Below, in pieces: positions 59,312 to 64,000 of a DNA stretch of 64,000 nucleotides. The notes beneath the pieces were generated by a model. The model had not been told where the DNA came from, did not search any database, and saw only the letters and a list, made by a program, of their open reading frames with translations. How positions within the stretch are numbered: the first letter of the stretch is position 1; each line of letters opens with the position of its first letter. The DNA lies in the NCBI GenBank assembly GCA_963772075.1, contig CAVYWG010000014.1:14950-78949 (forward strand). The letters run 5' to 3'. The translations under genes and the position numbers were made by a program. This stretch comes from an uncultured Solirubrobacterales bacterium. GTDB lineage: Bacteria; Actinomycetota; Thermoleophilia; Solirubrobacterales; Solirubrobacteraceae.

Positions 59312-61444
59312 TTACGGATCGAGCGTGGCCGGGGCGGTCTCTTGCGGCCCGATGCGGTCGTGAAGGCGTCGCAGTGGTCGTGGCGCCCACCAGTTCCACT
59401 TGCCCATCAACGCCATCAGGGAGGGCACCAACAGCGCCCTGACGATGCTCGCGTCGACCGCGACCGCCAGCGCCGCACCGAGGCCGAGCTGTTTGGTGAA
59501 GAATAGGGCTGAGGTGGTCAGGGCGCCGATCGCTACGCAGAAGAGCAGCGCGGCCACCGTGACGATCCGGCCGGTGCGCTCGATGCCGAGCGCGATCGCC
59601 TCGCGGTCGGGCAAGCCGTGGTCGTGGGCCTCCTTGATACGAGCGAGCACAAACACCTCGTAGTCGGTGGCCAGTGCGAAGGCGATCACGAGCATCAGCA
59701 CCAGATTCGACTCTTCGAGCCCGCCGATTGGCGTGAACCCGAGGAGACCGGAGAGGTGACCGTTCTGGAAGATCAGCACCTGTAGTCCGACGGCGACGCT
59801 CACGCTCAGCATGTTCATCACAAGCGCCTTGATCGGGATCGTCACCGAGCCGGTCATCACGAACAGGAAGCCCGCGGTGAGTGGCAGCAGGATCAACAGC
59901 ACGAGCGGGATACGCGAGGCGATCGCTGACTTCTGGTCGGCGAAGAACGCGCTCGCGCCGCCCACCAGCGCGGCGTAGGGGTGTGCGAGCGTGCGCAGTC
60001 TGGCGAGCAGCTGCTGCTGGGCAGACGAGTAGGGAGTGCCGTGGGGCAGCAGCACGACATCCCAGGTGCCACGACCAAGGTACGCCGGGGCTGAGACGCT
60101 CCCCAGCCGTCCCGCCACGCCGGCCGTAGCCGTCGCGAGACGCTGAGCCGAGGAGCGTGGGCCCTTGAAGACGATTTCGGTTGCTTCGCCGGCGTCGGCC
60201 GAGAAGCTCCGGGCGAGCGCCGTTTCGACCTGACGGCTTTCCGCGTTCGCGGGCAGCAGGTTCGCCCCGGGCGAGGTGAACTGCAGGTGCAGCGCGGGGA
60301 TCGCCGCCGCGAGCAGGACGAGTGCGCTGATCAGCGCGACCGGAGCAGGATGGCGCACCACGCCGTGCGCCAGTCGCCACCAGCCGCCGTCTTCGGTTGC
60401 CCTCGCGGTGCGCGCCGCCCGGCGCTTGAGCCACGCTGGGGAGAGCGCGTCGATGCGCGGCCCCAGGACGATCAGCACGGCGGGCAGGACGAGCAGCGTC
60501 ACCGCGCCGCCGCACAACACGACGAGCGCTCCGCCGATCCCCATCGATGAGAGGAAGCGGGTCGGGAACACCAGCAGGCTCATCATCGCCGTCGCGACCG
60601 TCAGGCAGCTGAACAGCACCGTGCGGCCGACTGTCCGCAGCGTTCGCGCGATCGCCTCGTGCGCGTCGGCGCCTCTCGCGAGCTCCTCGCGGTAGCGATA
60701 GAGCACGAACAGGCTGTAGTCGATCCCCAGGCCAAGGCCCATGCCGCTGACGAGGTTCAGCGCGAACACGGAGATCGGCGTGAACTGGTCGATCAGCCTT
60801 AGCCCCAGAAACGCAAGCACGATCGCAAAGCCGCCGACCAGCAGTGGCAACAGCGCCGCGACCAAACCCCGGAAGAACCAGAACGACAGCAGCAGCAGCA
60901 ATGGGAAGGCCAGCAGCTCGGCGCGCGCGAGGTCGCTGGTGGTGCGGTCGTTGAGTTCCTGGCTGGTGAGTGCGTAGCCGCCGAAGCGCACCGTCGTCCC
61001 TGTCAGTGTGGCGTTCGCGGGCGCCCTGGTCAGAGCAACGCGGACCCGGGCGATCGCGGTGGTGGCGTCGGTCGCTGTGGCATACGCCGCGAACACGATC
61101 GTTTTGTGGCCGTCGCGCGAGAGCAGCGCACGCGCGGGCGCAGCGGCTCCCGCCTCCCCGTAGGCCAGGATGCGCTGCAGCCCGTGCTGGTCTGAGAGCA
61201 GCGCGACGAGCGTCCCTACTGCACCCCGAGCGGCCCTGTCGGTCCTGACGTTGTGGCTGCTCTGCAGCAGCACGGCCACGTTGTAGTACGGGATCTGCCC
61301 GGTGGCGGCTCGAATCGCGGCGTTCGTGCGTTCATATTGGGAGGCGGGGTCCTCGAAATCCTGCGCCGAGCTGCCGAGCATCCCGGTCACGGGCGCGCCC
61401 ACCGCAGCCGCGATCACGAACAGCACACCCGCCCCGGCGAGCAC
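59312..61444 (-). CDS. MMPL family transporter
   Basis: GLGLGIDYSLF..RYREEL, GRTVLFS, FALATDYEVFVLARIKE, TGRIVT.AALL, VRALLVPSLM.LMG.WNWWAP. True start probably slightly upstream. Confidence 0.92.
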   Translation of the reverse strand: MLAGAGVLFVIAAAVGAPVTGMLGSSAQDFEDPASQYERTNAAIRAATGQIPYYNVAVLLQSSHNVRTDRAARGAVGTLVALLSDQHGLQRILAYGEAGAAAPARALLSRDGHKTIVFAAYATATDATTAIARVRVALTRAPANATLTGTTVRFGGYALTSQELNDRTTSDLARAELLAFPLLLLLSFWFFRGLVAALLPLLVGGFAIVLAFLGLRLIDQFTPISVFALNLVSGMGLGLGIDYSLFVLYRYREELARGADAHEAIARTLRTVGRTVLFSCLTVATAMMSLLVFPTRFLSSMGIGGALVVLCGGAVTLLVLPAVLIVLGPRIDALSPAWLKRRAARTARATEDGGWWRLAHGVVRHPAPVALISALVLLAAAIPALHLQFTSPGANLLPANAESRQVETALARSFSADAGEATEIVFKGPRSSAQRLATATAGVAGRLGSVSAPAYLGRGTWDVVLLPHGTPYSSAQQQLLARLRTLAHPYAALVGGASAFFADQKSAIASRIPLVLLILLPLTAGFLFVMTGSVTIPIKALVMNMLSVSVAVGLQVLIFQNGHLSGLLGFTPIGGLEESNLVLMLVIAFALATDYEVFVLARIKEAHDHGLPDREAIALGIERTGRIVTVAALLFCVAIGALTTSALFFTKQLGLGAALAVAVDASIVRALLVPSLMALMGKWNWWAPRPLRRLHDRIGPQETAPATLDP

Positions 61445-61491
61445 GCGCCGCGGGCGGGTTACAGCGAGCTTCGTCAGCCGTCCAATCGCGG

Positions 61492-61575
61492 TTAATCCTC
61501 CACCAGCCGCCGGCGTACCGCCCAGCGGGTTAGCTCATGTCGGCTGGAGAGCTGGAGCTTGCGCATTAGCAGGCC
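61492..61575 (-). pseudogene. C-terminal remnant of NarL/LuxR-family response regulator
   Basis: MRKLQLSSRHELTRWAVRRRLVED* resembles the conserved end of actinobacterial NarL-type HTH regulators; no upstream receiver domain. Confidence 0.6.
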
Positions 61576-61750
61576 GGCGCCGATCGCGATTCTGATGCCG
61601 CCGGGCGGCCGCTGTGCCGGGTGGGAGGACATCGCCGCACATGATCTCAGCCGCGACGCCGGCCGCATCCGGCCAGGCCGGCCGGGCAGCCCGAGCAGCT
61701 CTTCGTCCGCGCCTCCGCGGGGGCAGCGCAGCGCGGTAGAGTCCGCACCA

Positions 61751-62584
61751 ATGACGCTTGTTCTGCTCACGGGAGCCACCCGCGGTATCGGCCGCGCCGC
61801 CGCGATCGAGCTCGCTCGCGACGGTGTCGAGGTCGCGCTCGTGGGTCGCGATCCCGAGCGCGTGGAGGCGCTTGCCCGGGAGGCGCGGGCGACCGGCGGG
61901 GGTGCGCCGGTCCACGAGCACGTCGCCGATCTGATGCTGATGGCCGATGTGCGGGCGCTCGCGGAGGAGGTGCGCGAGCGCTACGAGCACATCGACGTCC
62001 TCGCCAACAACGCCGGGGCGCTGTTTGCTTCGCGCAAGCAGACCTCCGAGGGTTTCGAGCAGACCTTCGCGCTGAACCATCTCGCGCCGTTCCTGCTCAC
62101 CAACCTGTTGCGCGATCGTCTGCAGGGCGGCCGCGTCGTGACCACGGCGTCCGACGCCCACAAGTCGGGGCTCCTGGATTTGGATGACCTGCAGCCCGAG
62201 AAGTCCTACTCCGCGATGCGCGTGTACGGCACCTCGAAGCTCTGCAACATCCTCTTCACCCGCGAGCTCGCCAAGCGCGCGCCGGAGCTACACGCCAACT
62301 GCTTTCACCCCGGTGTTGTACGCACCGGCTTCGGCAAGAACGAAAACGGCATCTGGAGGGTGCTCACCACGCTCGGCGGGCCCTTCTTCCGCTCGCCACA
62401 GCGCGGCGCTCGCTCGCTCGTGTGGCTGTCGACGTCAGCTGAGGCGGCCCCCCTCACTGGCGAGTACGTCCAGGACGAGAAGGTGCTCGCGCCCAGCGCC
62501 CAAGCCCAGGACGAGACGCTCGCCGAGGGTCTGTGGGAGCGTAGCGCCCAGTTGGTGGGCCTGCCTGCCGATACACCTGTCTGA
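61751..62584 (+). CDS. SDR family oxidoreductase (retinol-dehydrogenase-like)
   Basis: TGATRGIG, LANNAG, FALNHLAPFLLT, YGTSK catalytic YxxxK, HPGVVRT. Confidence 0.93.
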   Translation: MTLVLLTGATRGIGRAAAIELARDGVEVALVGRDPERVEALAREARATGGGAPVHEHVADLMLMADVRALAEEVRERYEHIDVLANNAGALFASRKQTSEGFEQTFALNHLAPFLLTNLLRDRLQGGRVVTTASDAHKSGLLDLDDLQPEKSYSAMRVYGTSKLCNILFTRELAKRAPELHANCFHPGVVRTGFGKNENGIWRVLTTLGGPFFRSPQRGARSLVWLSTSAEAAPLTGEYVQDEKVLAPSAQAQDETLAEGLWERSAQLVGLPADTPV

Positions 62585-62645
62585 CGGCGCCGTCGTGGTA
62601 GCGATCGTGATGTCCGCAGTAAGAATTTGGGATCGAGGCTGGTTG

Positions 62646-64000
62646 TTATATGAGCTGTTTCGCCTGCGGCGACGCAGGCGCAGAGCAGCTCTGCAGGAAG
62701 GCCTCGGTAGCCGCAACATCAAGCGGCCGCGCAAACAGGAAGCCCTGCCCGCTGTCGCAGTCCTCCTCGCGCAGCAGTGAGAGCTCCTGCTGCTGCTCGA
62801 TGCCCTCGGCGAAGGTCTCGATCGAGAGCGCCTTGCCGAGCTGCACGAGCGTGTGGATCAGCGTTTCGCCCTCCTTGTTGTGCTTGAGGCCGGAGATGAA
62901 GGAACGGTCGATCTTCAGCGCGTCGACGGGGAAGCGCTGGAGGTGGGCGAGTGAGGAGTAGCCGGTGCCGAAGTCGTCGATCGCGATCCGCACGCCGAGC
63001 CGCTTGATCTCGGTGAGCCGGCGGGCGGTCGCCTCGATGTTGCGCATCAGCGTCGTCTCGGTGATCTCGATCGTCAGCGCCGCGGGGTCCATGCCGCTCT
63101 CTGAAAGCGCGTCTTCGATCTCACCCACCAGCTGATCGGTGTCGAGCTGACGTCCGGAGACGTTGACGGCCATCGTGATCGGATACCCACTCGCCCGCCA
63201 CACGGCGCCCTGGCGGCAGGCCTCCTGCAGCACCCACCGGCCGATCTCCACGATCAGTCCCGTCTCCTCCAGCAGCGGGATGAAATCGTTGGGTTGGACG
63301 ATGCCGCGCACCGGGTGGCTCCAGCGGATCAGGGCCTCCACCCCGTTGGGGCTCATGTCGCTGAGGTCGAGTGTCGGCTGGTAGGCGAGGAAGAACTCCC
63401 CGTTCTCCAGCGCTTCGCGCAGGTCCATCTCGAGCTCCATGCGGTTCTGCACGGAGTCCTGCATGCCGCTCTCGAACACGACGTGGCGGTTCTTGCCGTC
63501 CCACTTGGCGCGGTACATCGCGATGTCCGCGTCGCGCAGGAGCTCCTCGGCCGAGATGTGCTCGCCGATCGCGATGCCGATGCTCGCCGTCACGGTCACG
63601 CGCGTCTCCTGGTCGGCCCCCAGCTTGAACGGCTGCTTGAGCGCGGCGAGCAGGCGCTCGGCGATCAGCTCGGGCCCGGCCTCCAGCGAGAGGTCCTCGG
63701 AGATCACGACGAACTCGTCCCCGCCGAGGCGCCCCAGCGCATCGGACCCGCGGATCACGCCGTCCAGCCGCGCGGCGACCGCCTGCAGGAGCTCGTCGCC
63801 GACGCCGTGGCCGAGGGTGTCGTTGATGGACTTGAAGTTGTCGAGGTCGATGAACAGCGCCGCCGTCGGCGTTTGGCTGCGCCGCGAGCGCACGAGCAGC
63901 TGCTCGACGCGGTCGAGGATCAGCGTCCGGTTGGGCAGGCCGGTCAGCGGGTCGTGCGTGGCCAGGAAGGAGAGCTCCTCCTCGCGCCGCGTGAGCTCTT
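62646..64000 (-). CDS. GGDEF-EAL bifunctional diguanylate cyclase/phosphodiesterase (5' part outside window)
   Basis: HDPLTGLPNR, FIDLDNFKSINDTLGHGVGD, RLGGDEF, GVEALIRW, IDDFGTGYSSL, LKIDRSFI, AEGIE, QGFLFARP. Confidence 0.95.
   Translation of the reverse strand, partial: ELTRREEELSFLATHDPLTGLPNRTLILDRVEQLLVRSRRSQTPTAALFIDLDNFKSINDTLGHGVGDELLQAVAARLDGVIRGSDALGRLGGDEFVVISEDLSLEAGPELIAERLLAALKQPFKLGADQETRVTVTASIGIAIGEHISAEELLRDADIAMYRAKWDGKNRHVVFESGMQDSVQNRMELEMDLREALENGEFFLAYQPTLDLSDMSPNGVEALIRWSHPVRGIVQPNDFIPLLEETGLIVEIGRWVLQEACRQGAVWRASGYPITMAVNVSGRQLDTDQLVGEIEDALSESGMDPAALTIEITETTLMRNIEATARRLTEIKRLGVRIAIDDFGTGYSSLAHLQRFPVDALKIDRSFISGLKHNKEGETLIHTLVQLGKALSIETFAEGIEQQQELSLLREEDCDSGQGFLFARPLDVAATEAFLQSCSAPASPQAKQLI

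Overview
High-GC actinobacterial DNA. Gene content and style suggest Thermoleophilia/Solirubrobacterales; this is inference and was not checked by search. The window is accessory DNA with no rRNA, tRNA or CRISPR that I can support. Layout: (1-9.3 kb) DUF2182/DUF899/VOC/SDR/flavoprotein genes mixed with deletion remnants, a lower-GC secreted protein and an IS3 scar; (9.5-10.1 kb) a VapBC toxin-antitoxin pair; (10.2-24.2 kb) a MacAB-like export operon containing an Ig-repeat protein, plus three OmpR/HAMP-kinase two-component systems, each beside a paralogous Cys-repeat lipoprotein, with 11-bp-phased regulator boxes; (24.2-25.7 kb) six abutting perfect CATG-centred palindromes upstream of cspA and an acyl-CoA desaturase; (25.8-41.6 kb) ABC transporters, a beta-propeller phosphoesterase, a DUF234-type ATPase, an AKR and a cNMP-thioredoxin-reductase-like protein; (41.6-53.8 kb) a multiply frameshifted operon (membrane proteins, vWA protein, tubulin/FtsZ-like protein, large membrane protein with a degenerate trypsin-like domain) divergent from a wHTH-STAND-like NTPase; (53.9-64 kb) MFS, hydrolase, NhaA-DsbA fusion, MMPL, SDR and a 5'-truncated GGDEF-EAL gene. 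The strongest candidates for undescribed biology are the palindrome array and the tubulin-like/vWA/STAND locus. Family assignments come from motif recognition only; no searches were run.
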